Shown here piece after piece: positions 1-15,428 of a DNA stretch of 64,000 nucleotides. The stretch's first letter is position 1; each line of letters begins with the position of its first letter. The position numbers were made by a program, and so were the translations under genes. The notes under the pieces were generated by a model. It searched no databases and had not been told where the DNA came from. It worked only from the letters and a program-made list of their open reading frames with translations. The stretch comes from Thalia democratica (Eukaryota): NCBI GenBank assembly GCA_965202585.1, contig OZ241826.1:44268001-44332000 (forward strand), in the 5' to 3' direction.

Positions 1-3000
1 TGAAATATAAATCTTTTTATTTAAAGAACGATAGCATTGAAAACAGTTATTGAAAACTTTTATCAAGTATTTTTATCTGAGTTGGTAAATAAAAGCTTAC
101 AGAAATATAAAAACGACTCTTTATAACTATAAAATCTTTGTTTTTTGTATTAGATATAAATAAATAAGCTGCTAAACTCATGTACTTAAGCACGCTCGAT
201 TTGACTTATACAGTGATTAATCGTGACCATGTTAGCCTAATGAGTCCTAAAGAGACCGAAATCAGTTTGCTGACCATCATATCGAAATTTAAATCCCATA
301 TATCTTTATAAATTTTCTGTTTAATAATTTTTAAGATGACTTTGATGCATCTTTTATTGGTGCTCCTTTCTAGACTTATAGTTTTTATATTAAACAGTTT
401 TTATTACCTACAATTAGTTTACTTCTACACCAAGATTTTGTATTGTAAGGTTGCTAAATTCTATGAACTCTGTCAAGCACAAACATTCTGCCCGCTATTT
501 ACTTTTACTTAAAAAATCTTAAAGCCATCACATTAGCCAAAGCAGGCTAATTATTGCAGAGTTTTTCATAAAATAAAGATTGACAAACTTCGGTCGGCGG
601 GTTACCTTCGAAATTTGTTTCATTTTAATTATAGCAATTTTGTATTTAAAAAGTTATATTGCTTCTAATCTTCAAAATTTACTTTATCCTACGAAGCACT
701 TTTTCTTAGAAATTTCGACCCAAAATTGTTTTTTTAAATAATGTTATATTATGGTCATTTTTAGAGTTTGCCCACTTTTTTATAGAGTATAAACTCAAGG
801 CAGAAAATAGCAATATATCAAAAAATGTAACGTGATATATATTAATTTGTTTTACTCAACTTAAGTTTTTAGTTTTTATTAGTTACCTGTAATAACTTAA
901 AGCTTAAAATTAGCAAAAAAAAAACTTATAAAATATAATCGGTTTTAATAAGATGTGAAAACAACTTTGATTGTCACAAAGTATCTACCTTGCCTTATAA
1001 TAATACAAAGCTGAACACAATAAGTTTACAAATTTTAATGAAAAATTTTTAAATTGGTGTTTGATGTACACAACTTTGTAGTTTCCAAGTGGCAACATTT
1101 TTTGAGTACACCTTATAATTTTTAAGTTAATTTGAATATTTTTAAGTTGGTACTAAATACTGGCTGATGGCTTTTAAAGTTAGTAAGTAAATTTAAACAA
1201 AAATTAAAATGAAAAGAAACTTTAGGGCCAAGATAAAAGAGTAAGGTATTTGAAAGAACTAATATACAATTAGAACTAGACACACCTTTGTAACAAAGGT
1301 ATACAAAGCTTGGACTATAAAAACTTAAAATAAAGCCATTCTAGGTAACAAATATAAGTAAAAGATGTACTTTAGAAGAAAAAAGTTAAATACAGGAATT
1401 TTTATGCTAAATGGTAAACACCTTTTTAAGTTGTACATATACAAAATAACTATATAGTATAACTATTATAACTAAAAACTACCATAAAACAGATTTTGAG
1501 TGTATTATGATAATAAAAACTTTTGTAGCGATCTTATTTTATTTCTACAAACATTTAAAAAGTTGGCTATTTAAAAAACTAGGTAGGTTTAGCTAATTAA
1601 TTTAATCAGAAAAACAGTTATTATCAGTAGTTTAAAAGAGCAAAAGGTGTATTGAAACTTTAACTTATAAAATAAATTATCAAAAACTTTTAAATTTCGA
1701 AGTTTCAAACATAACATATAAATAAAATTTCAAGCTCATTAATTCTTTGTATAGATTTTATATATATAACTAATACCAATTTTAATAGTTAAGATTATGA
1801 TATTGAAGTTGTTGTTTCCAAAAATATATTCTGAAAACTGTAAAACTTTATACTAATAAACGGTAAAATTTCTCAAAATAAAAAGTATACTAAGATATAA
1901 AACACTAAAATGAAAAAAATAAAAAGCCTGTACGTGCAATAGCTTTTTACTGTAGTAGTTTTTTTTTTAATTTTTAACGACCGTTTATATATTAAAATGC
2001 ACAAGGTCTCTGATGAATTAACTTTTACGTATACTAGCTTAAAAATATTTTCAGTCGCTGTATAGTCGTATTTAAAACTTTTATTAATTTAAAACATAAA
2101 ACAATGAGTATTACCAGCATTTCGACAGCTAGTGTTGTTCTTAAAAACAACTTAAGTTTAATTAAAATTTATTTTCGCAAACCATATCCCCAGGCATATT
2201 TTTTGAGTCGAGCGAATGAAAATGTTTAATGATGAAACTCAAAGAATACTAAACGCAATTTGAAATTTAAAAAATTTGAAGACAAGTTTTCAATACAATT
2301 AAAACAAAAAATATGGTCATAAGTTGTTTATCTACCTTGTTTTGTGCTAAAAAATATAGTTTAAAAATATACTCTTATTAAATTAAGACTATAAAGAATT
2401 TGCTTAGACTCTGTTTTACTAAAATTAAAAGTTTTTTAGTTTAATTCTAAATGTTCTATTTAACAAACGAAAGTATAAGCTGAAGTACTGAAAGGAATAA
2501 GCTCTCACCACAGTATGGTTCGATTGCGGGCTACATGTTTTTATATCTGTTAGGTTTCTCTCCATTTAAAAAATGGTTACACGCTTTAAATTTTTTGTTA
2601 AAAAATCAAATGTTGCTTGGTGTAAACGTTTGTGAACATTAAGAAAGCAGTGAGTTTCTAAAATAGTAATTAATCAATTTGTATCACAACTTGACTAAAT
2701 CTTTTACATACATGTAACTACTTTTCAAAGTTAATTAGCAAGCTTTATGGTTTTATTTAAAATACAAGTGTTAAGTAATCCACTGTTATTCTCAGTTTCT
2801 AGAACAATGACTAACTTAAATTATCTAGCTTTAGAATAAAAGAACAATTTTTGAAAAATATAAAAATTTTCATTAATTTTTAAATCCAAAATTAACATAA
2901 AAAAAGATGATATGCCATAAAACTAAATTTTAAGTGTGTTTTTGTTAAATTCCACAAGAGCTTTTAACTGTATTATAATTATAAAACGTTTGTAACGATC

Positions 3001-6000
3001 TTGTTTATTACTAAGTAAAAAAAAAATAGTTATTTAGTCTAACTGTGTACTTTTTTCTGTATTTTTGAATACTTAAGTTTTTTTTATTTTTCCAATAAAA
3101 AAAAATCTAACGCGCTAAGTGTCCATTTGTAATAATTTTTGTAAAGTTTAATTTTTAAAAACACGATAACTGTATTAAAACTTTTACTCAGTTTTGTAGA
3201 TTAACAATAATGAATCCTTATTTCTAAATGGTTGTAAAAATACGACTTTACTAAAAATAGCCTGTTTATTCGTTTCTATTAAAAAGTCAAAAAAAGTGCT
3301 GAACTTTCAACGCAAAACAATATTTAATTTCAGAATCAAATCAAGCATTCACCTTTTGGACAGACTTCAGCAAAACATCAAAACATCTTGCAACAACTCA
3401 ACACACACAAAATCTCACGTTTCGAGCAACCCTCACTAATCAAGCGTGAAACTTTCGAGTCTCGAATGTTTCGCAGACTTTCATCACACGGTAAGCCCAG
3501 CTGACAAAAAGCCGTTTGTGCAAATATTGAATCGGTAACTCGATGCTAAACCAATCACAGGCTACAGTGCATTTTCGAATGGTTTGGTTTCCTTTCGAAA
3601 CTCTGTGACCTTAAAAGGATAAATAAGAATCAGTTTACGAAACTTGTTTTGTTCAATTAGCTTCGTTCAGATATAGTGTATTTTGATAAGAAGTTTATCA
3701 ATTTTACAAACAACTTAAAGTTAAACAGTTTTCAACTTTTTTTTGATTTTAATACTATATTTGCATAAACCTTCTTGAGTTAATCAATTACAAAAAACAT
3801 ATGTTATCACTATACTATAATTTTGAAGTATTCAAAACTTTTCAAACAACTATTTAATTTTGTTTATGAATTGGTAGAAATTTTTTAAGTGTCTTAAGTG
3901 CAATTAGAACAAATTTACAAAATTACTTATATTAAATAAAACATAACTAAAACTTAGCTAATTAAGTTCAACATTTAAAAATTCTAATTAATATGTATAA
4001 TATTCTGTGAGTTTATTTAATTAGGTAAGTTTTTATGTTTATGAGTTGTGTTATCTAATGTAATATATTTTGAATTTCAATATAAGAATTATCAAAGAAA
4101 AATTGAAGCTACAGTATGCTTTGTATATTTAATAAAACTTTTAGCTCAGAGTTAAATTTGTTTATTTTAGCTAAACTAAGTGTTTGAGTTGCAAAAACTA
4201 AAGGTTTTTTTGATAACAAATAAGATAGGCAGATTACTATTTTATTTATTACTTCACAGCTTTTACTAAAAAATTACTTCATCCTAAACTATAAATTTAA
4301 GTAGGTTTTAACGATGTGAATATTACTAACAAGTATTTAACTAAAGCTTTACTAAGGCCTAAATGCAAGCATTATATTCTAAAATTGTTATAAAGCTTTT
4401 TTTAGTAAAAATCACTACTTAAAATTTTCAGAGTTAGTAACTGTAATAAACAAATTGTTGTTCGTTTTTAATCTTTGTTTGAACAAATACTTAAAAAAAA
4501 GTAAAAAAAAAACTAGCTTTGTAGACCAGTTGATATAAAAAATAAACTATTTTTCAGCTAGTATTTTATAAACAAGTTGGTACGCTATTTTTAAACATCT
4601 TTTTATAAGTTATTAGTTGTTTAGAATTCGACTTATTTAATAAACTATGATAACCAACTATAACTGCATTAAAAATGACCTGTCTCATGTAAAAAATAGT
4701 TATTCATTGATGTATAAGGCATTACTATTTTTTTTTAATCTACTTCAAAAACAAATTACGTACAAAACTAAACATCAAAGTTAAACACATAGAAGTAATG
4801 CTCTAATAAGTAATTTATGAAGTTTTAGTTTTACGTTTAATAAGGTTGAAGATTTTTTTACTGAGTTATTTTTTTTTCGGAATTTCGACTTTGTAAAATA
4901 TCTTTCAAAGCCAACTAAAATTTAAATTCAGTTAATTTTTAAATTAAGTTAAAATTTTTAGAAAAAATTGTGTTATTAGATAGACAAAATTTTAGCTAAT
5001 TTTTTGTAATCTTTTGAAGAAAAATTTGTTTAATATTAAATACAAAACTACTTTTCTACAATAAATTTGTAAATTCAGTGATTAATTATCTAGCGAATTA
5101 AATTTTAGTAGCCCTGAGGGTTACAAGTTAAACAACGGATCTAATTCATTATAGTTTGTACAAAAATATAAAATATAATTTTGAAATCAACTATTAAATT
5201 ATACAAACTAACGTTGAAGTAGCAACATATTTCAAGAGCTTACTAGAAAAAACAACCTAAATACTGTACAGTGTTATAAACGTTTTCACATTCTATAATT
5301 CGGTTTAATAACTTTTTCATGTCTCGAAAGTGGTTAAGTTATATCTGCACGCTAAATGACTTGGTGTTTACACAGATGCTCTGAGTGTGATTTGATTAGA
5401 CGATATCCTTAGCAAACAAAGTTTGCATTTTGAAGAATCGTTTTACACACTAGTTCGTTTTTTTTTTGCTGTCACAGTGTTCACAGTCTCAAAAAAATAA
5501 AAATTAAAAATATTAAAGCATATTTTTATGTCAAAAGTTTACTTTATCATTATTAATAATGGTTAAGTGCAGCTTAAACTGCCTTGAATTTAAAGCAATT
5601 CTATAAATGAGATTTATTGTTTTTAGAAATTATGAAACATTTTTTCTTGTGAAACAGCGTTTCGAACAAAAATAAAAAATTGGCTCTAACTATTATTTAA
5701 GTCTAATATATTAGCAAAATTGAATACAGATTTTTAAAATGTTGCTTATTTATTTGTAATATTTAGTTTTTAGTGGTGCCAGCTAGACCATGCGTACGTG
5801 ACTTTAAATTTTAGTTGAAAAAGCATCAAGGCGATAACAACCCGTGCTAACTCTTTAACTAAAACCAGTCATGCGATAACAACCTATCAGATAGTCCTTG
5901 ACTCTTTTTACTTTATGCTTGATCGGTTTTCAAGCGTATTGGTATCGTTTAGTTTTTTTTTTAATATAATATACCTAAAAGTAAGCCGAAAGTTAGCTTT

Positions 6001-9000
6001 ATCTTTAAATTTAAACTGATGCGTAAAACTGTTTTAAAAAATACAGCTTTTGTTTTTACATAACTGTTTTTTCAACCCTTGAAAATTTTAAAATATAATG
6101 TTGTAGACTACTTCTACTTGATACTTATTTTTTATTTGTTTAAAAATTAGTTTAAAGCTGCTTTTAAAAATTTATTAACTTGTTCTAAGTAAACTTTAGT
6201 TTCATATTTTTCTATTGACAATTTTTTGAGACATTTATTATTAGTAGATAAGTTTGTTTTAACAAGGGTTTACAAGCTCTCTAAGTTTTCTTAAACTTGT
6301 TCGATAACAAATACGAATTTTTGAAGAAACTATAGTTTTTATTATATATGAAAAACTTCTTTTCTAAGCAAAACTTTAGTAATTTTAGACATGTAAACTT
6401 ATGAGCAAATGACGAACGAAAATATGTTTTTAATAACCACTAACATCCGTGCAAAACCTTTCAAAAAAAAAAAAAAACAACCGATTGCCGACCGCTTTGT
6501 TCTCAAAAAACCCTCAGCATTCAAAAAGGAGTCTTGAGAGTTTCAAGCTGCGATGCTCGGCTCGATAAGAGTTTACGCGAGTTTGCTGGTCTGGGCAAGG
6601 CAGACAAGATTATCATCGTGAGTCATTATTTGCTGTTCAGCAATATTTTGGTTTGCTGCTGAGTCGACTAGACTTAATTAATCAGCGTAATGCATCTCAC
6701 TTGCAATCGCCTTCGGCCAACAACTTGTTAGAGGCTTTCAATTTGAAAAATTATGCGGTTTTCAACTAACATCTTCGCGTGATTAAATGTCATTTTTCAC
6801 TTTGAAAAATTTTTCTCTGAATCATACATAGTTGTGATCAAAAAATTTTAGTATTTCTTTTAAAGTCGAATTTTCAAAATAGTTTCTCGAAAGCTGTGGT
6901 GTCGTAATATTGAAAAACGGACATTTTCTAGTTCTGATGTTAAAGATTGTTTTAAGAAAAATGTTTGACCACAAAAATGTACTTTAGCTGAAAATATCTT
7001 AAAAAGGACATAAATTTTATATTAACTCTTACACCATCATAATTTTTATTACAAAAAAATATTTACTTAAGTTTTAGTCATAGCTTAGTGGTTTCATAAC
7101 TATCTATCACTAGTTAAAACTTTACTTGAGTTTTTTTATTTGAACTTAATATCGCTAACGGGTGCATAACTATTCAAAATTGTAAAATTAAAGTCAAATC
7201 AAATTTAAATAGTTCTGTGTTTTTGTTCATATCTCTTTTATTGAATTGAAAAAAAAATATCATAATCTTATTAATTATATCTACATGCGTATTTTTTAAA
7301 ATATAGACCAGTTTTTGAGACATGGATAAAAGAAGTTTTAAAACAAACTAGTTTTAGTTGTTCTAACAGTTCTCTTTTATATTTTTATTTATTTATACTT
7401 GTTGACTATCATAAGTCTATTAATTACACCTACAAGAGCTTTTTTATTAAAAAAAAGTTTACTGTTTTTTTGATGTAACCCGTTTAATATTTTTTTAAGA
7501 ACTTGAATTGTGATGTAACTGCTTAGAACAATTTCATATACCTTATAAACGGATTAAATCATCTTTAAAATACCTAAAACTGTGTAACATATATTTTTTT
7601 GTGTTTAACTCAAACTTTTTAGTAATACAAATAAGTAAACATTGAACTATAGACTTATTGATTTTTTGTGTATTTTACTACTTTTATTTAGCGAAAATAA
7701 AAGCAAGGAAATAAATGTTAATCATCAAAGTATACTTTTCCTTTTAAAATATTTACTTTTTGGCTTCATATAATAATAGTTTAGTTAATTTAAAAAATTA
7801 GATATGTTATTAAAAATTAATTTAGTAATTACTAAACACTCTTAAAACATCAACGCAGTTTGCAAACTAAAAATAAATACTTTTTTATCTAGAACTCAAA
7901 TTTTAATAACACTTTGTTATTAGTCTAACGTCTTTTTTTAACTTTATAGTCGAAATGTACTTTGAAATAATTCAAAGTGATATGATTGTTTTCAAAATAG
8001 TTTAAATATTCGTACAGCGTTTCGAACAAAGTAAGTAACACTAAAGCTGATAAAGTTGAAATTGATACTTTTTACAGTGAAGAACAGTTAGTTTGCATGT
8101 ATAAAAATAGACCCTACTTACTTTTTTCCACACTGTTGACTCATATTTCACTGGTGTACAGCTGCTTAGCTGGCGTCACGCATTTTTGAATCGCTTCCCT
8201 TTCCTGTATACTCTATTTCACTTTAGCAGTTTAGAACTGTGTTGAAAAAGTTATTTAAAACATTTAGTTAAACTTTTTTTTATCTCTAATTGTTATATAA
8301 AACACTCCATTTGTTGATTCCAACGGCATTATTATAACAGGATTATGCACTCACCGTTATCTAGTACTAATAAAAACTTTATTAAAAATATAAATATTAT
8401 TTATGTAACTTTCATAATTAGTTATCGTTTTGATTATTTCCAATTGAAAACGACCTGATAAAATTAGTTAATTGTAAATCAATTTGTTCTAATCATGCTT
8501 TAAGTTATACTGAACTTACTTAATAAGAATTAATTTGTTGTTTTCTGTTAAAGTACACTTTTACAACCTATTAGAAAATCATACTAAAATGAATCATTGA
8601 TAATTTATGTTATGTTTTTATTTTTTAAGCAATAAGTACTTTAAGTTGCTAAAAAAAATACTACCAGCTTTTAAAACAAACAGTTGATTAATTACTCGAG
8701 TGTATTCTATACTTATTTAAAATTTATATTCTTTTTTATAATGCTAGTCATAAGTAGTATGATTTTTAAGGATTAGTAACAGCTAAACTCGCTATTTTGT
8801 TCTTTAAACAACAAGTAAACTCTGAGTTCGAATAAAAAGTCAGATAAGGCCAGTGGCAGTTACTTCTTGTTACGTTGACTTAGTTTAGCACAAAATCGTA
8901 TTACCGACGGCTGTTGTTACCCAAAACACAACTCAATAATCTTGTGTGTTGAAAACAGGGTGGCTCGCAGACAAATCGGCTCGACTTCTTGCTTTAAAAG

Positions 9001-10569
9001 AGACTCAAACGTCGCTCTAACGAAGATTTATCTTGCCCTCGAGCTAGAAGTCTGCGAGACGTTTCTGTTTTCGCAGGTGCCCACCTCGTACTTTGCGGCT
9101 TGGTATTAAAATTTGAAGTGAAGCAAAACTGCGATTATTTTGAGATCTTGTAGTCCGTAAACTGATTTTTTAGGAGTTCTGGTATTTGTGATCGGTTTGT
9201 AAAAAAAAATTAAAAAATAATTTTTTTTGGGAAAAGAGCAGGGAATCTAACTTCTACAAACTGAATTATCTTTGTAAGAGTTTTTAAATTTTTTTTTTTC
9301 AAAATGAATACAATCTCAAGTAAACTTTGGTAAGTTGAAAATATATTTTAATAAAATAACTACAAATAATGTAGAAATTTTTTGAAACTTGATTAATCTT
9401 GATATAGTTTTTTTCTAAATGTGTCTTTTGTTCGGTCTTTACAGCTTGATAACACTCTAAACTTTTATTTATCTTTGAATAAGTTGTTTATTAGTTTTTT
9501 CATCTACAAGTTTCACTAAAATATTAGGTACTAATGGTAATTTTTTGTTATCTTACTTTAATATACTTTAGTTACTCGTAAAGTTGTAACAATATTTACT
9601 TGGATATTTTTTAATAAAAAATAAAATAAATACATGAATCAACACTTTATACTTTTTTACGAACCAAATTTATAAGTTCTTTATTTGTAATTTGGATGAA
9701 AGGTTTAATATTTACCTAGAAAACCAATTTTAAGTAATAGAATTAAAGTTTTAACAAGTTACAACTAAATTTTATAACTTTTTATATTGGGGAAGCAGTT
9801 AGGAAATACAAAGAGTCTCAACTGAGAATTCTAAAGAGAATGAAAAATCAACGCAATATTTTTCACTCAAAGACAATTAGCAATTTTTTGCTTTTCTAGC
9901 AGATTCTAGAACTCTACGTGGAAGCATTGATGCGTGAAAAATTTTAATAACGAGAGATTTACTTTTTTTGTTGCGTCTAGTCTACAGAGTCTCCGCTGTT
10001 CGGTTGTTTATTGGCCCCAAGGGTGCTTTACAAGTGGCTGGCTCGTGAGTTTGAATTTTACAAAAGTTGTTTTAATATTTTAAGATTAATATTTTATAAG
10101 AGGTTTGGATAGACTGACTAAAGGATAAAATTCTATTATAAGTAAATTTTTTTTAAGTTAATTTAATTTTAATTTAAAAGTTAATTATTACATACAGATG
10201 ATATTTAATTTTATATTATATATAGTTGAGAATTAATGTTTAGTTTTAAGTAGTTTTAAAACAAATAGTAGTACTTCTTTTAATTTTATTATGCAGCTCG
10301 TTATTTTACAACTATTTCAAAAAAATAAAAAGGTAGGTTAAAAAGTATATTTTCAATTTTTAGAAAAATAAATCAAAACAGTTTGTAAGTTTTGTGGCTA
10401 CTAGAAAATATTTTTTGTTAGTAAACTGACCAATGATAGGTTCAAATAGTTTTTTCAAACTATAAATACAGTTTGAACGCCTTTCGACAGACATATAAAG
10501 CTAAAATACTGTACGATAAGTTTTGAGCTATTAGCAAAAACTAATCATAAGTTGTTCATATAACTTACT

Positions 10570-10665
10570 GTTTATTGAACGATGAAAAAGCGCTCAAAAA
10601 GTTTGGTCTAAGGACCCTGTGTACGAAAAAAACCTTTCGGTTATCGAGTCGCACACCACATATAA
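10570..10665 (+). repeat. Dispersed repeat family copy A (SINE or LINE-tail-like)
   Basis: gtttggtcta..gacc.gtgtacgaaaaaaacctttcggttatc..gtcgcacaccacat is shared with 63181-63240. Confidence 0.65.
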
Positions 10666-11599
10666 CATGCTTTTATTTGTCTAAGTTTGCTACTAGATAG
10701 TATGTTTTTTATTTAATTAAGTATTCTATGACAAAAAAGTTTATAAATAGTTCAATTTTAAGTTATCATACATAATTTTTAAAAGTTTTCGTTTATTATA
10801 ATTTGATGCAGTTATACATTTATAGTTTATTTTTTGTATCTAAAATTTGTTTGAATATTCAAACTTGTCATAATTATTTAACTTTATCTACTTAAAGTTC
10901 TTACTTTTTTATACTTTTAAGTTTAGGGGAGTGTACGTGACCAAATTCTTGCATAAAATAAATTTATTTAAGAACATAAAACCATGCTTAAAATATTAAG
11001 CTATACATTACAAGCTTAGTTTTAAACTTTTAACTGAGTCAGCAATTTTGTTTTCTGCTCTAAATTTTATAATGTTTAATTGCTTTTTGAATTTTTTTTT
11101 TCAAAATTTAACAGCCATTGTTGAGTTGCATGTTTATTAAAAAAAACCAAAAAAGAACAGACTGACAGAATAACTCTCTAATACAAATTTTTACCACGGT
11201 TTAAAATTTTTACAAACATTCTAAAAACTTAGTTATTAAGTTTCGCAATAACCTCATACAACGCGTATCGCCGATTTAAATATGGCTGACAGTTGTGTAT
11301 TCACGTGATTGGCTCTCAGCAAGAGCTTCTTGTAAAAATCGCCTCATATTTTAATACGCTTTTGTTGTTTTAACTCGAATGTTTTTTAGCGGCGTTGTTT
11401 ATATATTTATTGTATAACAGTCTCAGTTTGTACCCGAACAAAAATAAAACATATGCAAGTTTTTTAGTAGGTTTTAACATTTTTTATTAACGTAGTAAAA
11501 GTATTTTAATATACTTAAAAGCCTTTTTTATACGCTTCAAGCTTAAAATAATGTGTAAAATTATAATTCTTTTTACAACTGCAACTGAATTTTATAAAT

Positions 11600-12315
11600 G
11601 AGTGTGAAGTTAGCTTGAATAAAATCTCAAAAAATGTCTAAACTTTGGATTTAATTATTTTCCTTATCTTAATAGCTAATAATTTTTTTTTATTCTAGAG
11701 TACGGTCCTTTGTATAAAAACTAAAAAATATCCTAGGATTGGGGTTTCGTTTTTTGAGTGGGGTCCCTTAGAAAAAATTTGGTTAAAAAGGGGAGTAAAA
11801 AAGAAATTGATAATAAATTTTATTTTTTCAACCTTCTTAATAATACATGTATAAACGGCTATAATTTTTTTTTTACTAACTGTCAATATTTTGTACAATT
11901 TGGCCTTAATTGGTTTTTTTTTTATGATTTTTTTATTTTATGAGTTTGAGTTCATAATTCATGGAATTCATAAATCCAATTAAGGCCAAATTGTATAAAA
12001 TATTGACAGTTAGTAAAAAAATAAATACAGCCGTTTATACACATAACATTAAAAAGGTTTAAAAAGAATAAATTATTATTAATATTTTTTTTTACTCAAA
12101 CTTAAAAAACAAAAAAAATAAAAATAAAAATCCAATTTTTTCTAAGGAGCCCAAAAAACGAAACCCTAATCCATAGGATATTTTTATAGTTGATAGACAA
12201 AGGACCGTTCTTTAGAATAAAAAAAAAGTTTTTAATTAGCTATTAAGATAAGGAAAATAATTAGATTTAAGTCTGGAATTTTAAAAAAAAAATTATTCAA
12301 GCTAACTTCACACTC
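11600..12315. mobile_element. Foldback / long-TIR non-autonomous DNA element (about 716 bp)
   Basis: Left arm (about 11600-11915) and right arm (about 11968-12315) are imperfect reverse complements along their length. Examples: GAGTGTGAAGTTAGCTTGAATA vs TATTCAAGCTAACTTCACACTC; CGGTCCTTTGT vs ACAAAGGACCG; AATTTGGCCTTAATTGG vs CCAATTAAGGCCAAATT. No clean TSD. Confidence 0.8.
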
Positions 12316-14719
12316 GTATTTTATAAGTAATTGCTAGAAATTGGTAAAACTAAATAGGTACATAACCTAAATGGAAATCTGCAATTAGTTGTAATTATTA
12401 GCTTTCAAAATAGGACCAGGAACTCATTTTATGTTTTACAAGACAAATTGTCTATATTTAGTTTATTATCATTAAAACATATGTTTATTTAAACTAAACA
12501 AGTTCATAAATATTTTGTATATTTACTGTATAAGTAAAAAAGATCAGTGATAACATTTTCTGCTAAAAAAATTAAATGCATAAGGTATTTAATTTTAGTA
12601 AAAACGGTTTCCACGGAATTCAAACTTATTTTAAGCTGTAAAAAATATTTAAGACTTTTAGCGGTGGCAGTAAGTATTTATAGTTGAAAGTTTTCTTTTT
12701 TTTTTATTATATAATTTGTTATAGTCATTGTAAATTCTAAAAAGTATCCGCTAGAGTGTAACAGTCAGTTTTATACATTAATCTTTTTAAAAGAGCTTAC
12801 TTACATTTACTCTATCGATAGAAGCTTTGAATACTTTATTTAAAAATGTGAAAAACTACAAGTAGCTTCGAGCTTAAAATTGTTTTTTTTTTTAAATAAA
12901 ATGCCAAATTTATATCAAGACAAGTTGTATTAAGTACGAATAATACATGTACGGGTAATTTAATTTTTGAATTAAGAAAAAAAATAACAGTCTATATAAG
13001 TCGTTTTGTTAAAAAGTTTCTTAAAAAATACGTTCTGTACTGAAAGTGATATACATTAATTTCTTAAATATATTTTACACTATAATCTAAGTAGAGAAAA
13101 AAATGATTAATTAAATTTCGATGCTGGTTTTTTAATTTTAAAAAATGTTAAAGCATTTAAAATTAAGTAACATGAAGTCTATTCAGGTTTTTAATCTCAG
13201 TTGTGATATAATCCTTATGTTTTAGTTTGAAAAACTTTAATTTTTGAAAACGAAATCTCAGTTTTAAAATTCTAAGCTTGTTAAATATTGTACAAAGCTA
13301 ACATTTTTTTTTTATTAACTGTAAAACCTAAAAGAAATGAAAAATAACTTATGCAAAAAACATTTGATAATCAACAAGTAGTTCTTATTAGCACACTTCT
13401 TTCAAAAAACTATATTGTACTTATGTTATATTATTTTAGAAAATTTTATGAAACCATTTTTTATCCAATAATTAGTGAACGAGTTAAAACATAAATATAT
13501 TCAAATAAAAGTTTTAAAACATTTACATTATATTTTAGCTGATTATATGTTGTTGAAGGGGTTTAAGTATAAAATAATAAGTAAGGGTAAAACTACTCAG
13601 TTTTAATTATTTTGTTTTTTTTCTGCTTTTGTTTAACTTTTATAAATTTATGAGCATTAGATATAATAATAAATTCTAATAATGTATACGTTATGTAAAA
13701 TGGAAACAAAAAATAACCATTTACTTAATAATATTTCTTTAGTCTTCATTAGAAAAAACAGCTTGTTAATTATAAAAATCCGTGAAGTTTAATTTGTACA
13801 AAGTTTTATTAAACATTCAAATAAATAAAATAAACATATTAAGACTATAACAATATAAAAAAAATGATAATGCTCATTTTAGCTAAGAATTAACAACAAA
13901 AAGTATTTAGTTTATGTTATATAAAACAGAGAAAGAAAACAAATTAAACTATTTATTTTTATATTTGATGAAAAAAATAAATGTACACTAATTTACACAT
14001 ATGCACACTTTAATTAGCAATAAACTCGTATGGCTCCTAAAATTTCAAGTGTGACACTCCACCTAGCGTATAAAAAACTTGGCACTCCATAAGAATTAAT
14101 TGACCACTTATAATTTTAACGTGCTGCAGAGCTATAAAATAAACTGAGATTCTTGCGGTTAATATTTTCGTTTTTAACAATAAACACAATTACGATCCGT
14201 TACACAAGGTTAAACTTTTGCCAGACTTTTTCTAACCTCAACTTTGTAATAATTTTGTGTTTGCTCAGATCAGTTAAAGTAAAGTTTTTACATTTGCTCA
14301 TTCAGCTTTATTCAAGTTTGAAACGATTATTGAATTTTAATGTTTTTTAGTTAGAAGATATACTATTGAATGTGTTTGACAATTTTTATACTCTGTAATT
14401 TAATAACTTTTAACAAGTAATTCATTTTTGAAAAATTTATACTTTTTTTAGTCAGAGATTTAGATATTTATGACAATTTTTGATAAACGATGTTTGGGAC
14501 ATGTATTGCATTTAAGGTGAATTATTATAAAGTAGATACAAAAAGTTGAAAAACTAAAAAATACTTATTTTAAAAAATAATTTTACAACAAATTTCGTTT
14601 TATTTAACATTGTCTTACTTAAATAAGATCTGACTTTTTATGATTCTTAGACCATTTTTTTAAAACAGATAAAACTACTTTTCAAAATCTATTTTATTTC
14701 TAATTAAAAATTCAAAAAA

Positions 14720-14900
14720 CTGGTCAGAAGTCCGGCAGTCTTGGTCACGTGACTTCACAGCGAGAATTCATTAGCGCGAGCGTCAAGTTCAAATTTAATT
14801 CGAGAGAGGCGAATTGCCGAAACGAGAGAAGTCAGAAGAAAAAAAGTCAGCTGAGCGTGTCGGCTTGTTTTAAGCACTAGCGTGTTATGATTCGATCAAA
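14720..14900 (+). promoter_or_regulatory. CpG-rich promoter-like island upstream of the ZF gene with perfect GTCACGTGAC (CLEAR/USF-type E-box) at 14744-14753
   Basis: Local GC/CpG enrichment 500-700 bp upstream of the acceptor at 15416 and a 10-bp palindromic E-box. The TSS is not determinable from sequence. Confidence 0.5.
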
Positions 14901-15428
14901 TTTAGGGAAACAAATTTTAACGCTTACGTTATTAATTGACATTTAGCTAAAAATAGTTTTTTTATTAATAGAAAAATAAATTCGAGTTTTTTTTTGTTTG
15001 TTCTTCTTAATAGTACTCGTTTTATTGTTTATAAGTAAATTAGAGATATTTTAAATGAATTTAAATAGTGTTAGAAGAGTGTAAATAGTTGAGAAAGTCT
15101 AAAAAACTTTTGAGCTTTTTTTGATGTGTTTAAGTTCGAAACTTACGGTATATTTTTGCTTATAGTAAAATCCTAAATACAATAAATCGTAGAAAGAATT
15201 ATATTTAGTTGTTTTTTTAAGTAAATGTATAGTATATTTGTCACTCTTTTAGATGTAACATAAGTATATACTGAGTTTTAACAATCAAAAAGATTTTTTT
15301 GTGTATGACATATATCTATAATTCACGTTTTTTAAAACGTTGATCTTAAAATACATTGAGCTTTAAAGCAATTTCATTTTTAATGCATTCTAACTAACAA
15401 ACTCGCAACTTTTCAGACATTTAAATAC

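Noticed and set aside
11695-11943. ORFs of 61-67 aa inside the foldback
   Set aside because: Low-complexity K/F/I-rich translations of AT-rich repeat DNA.
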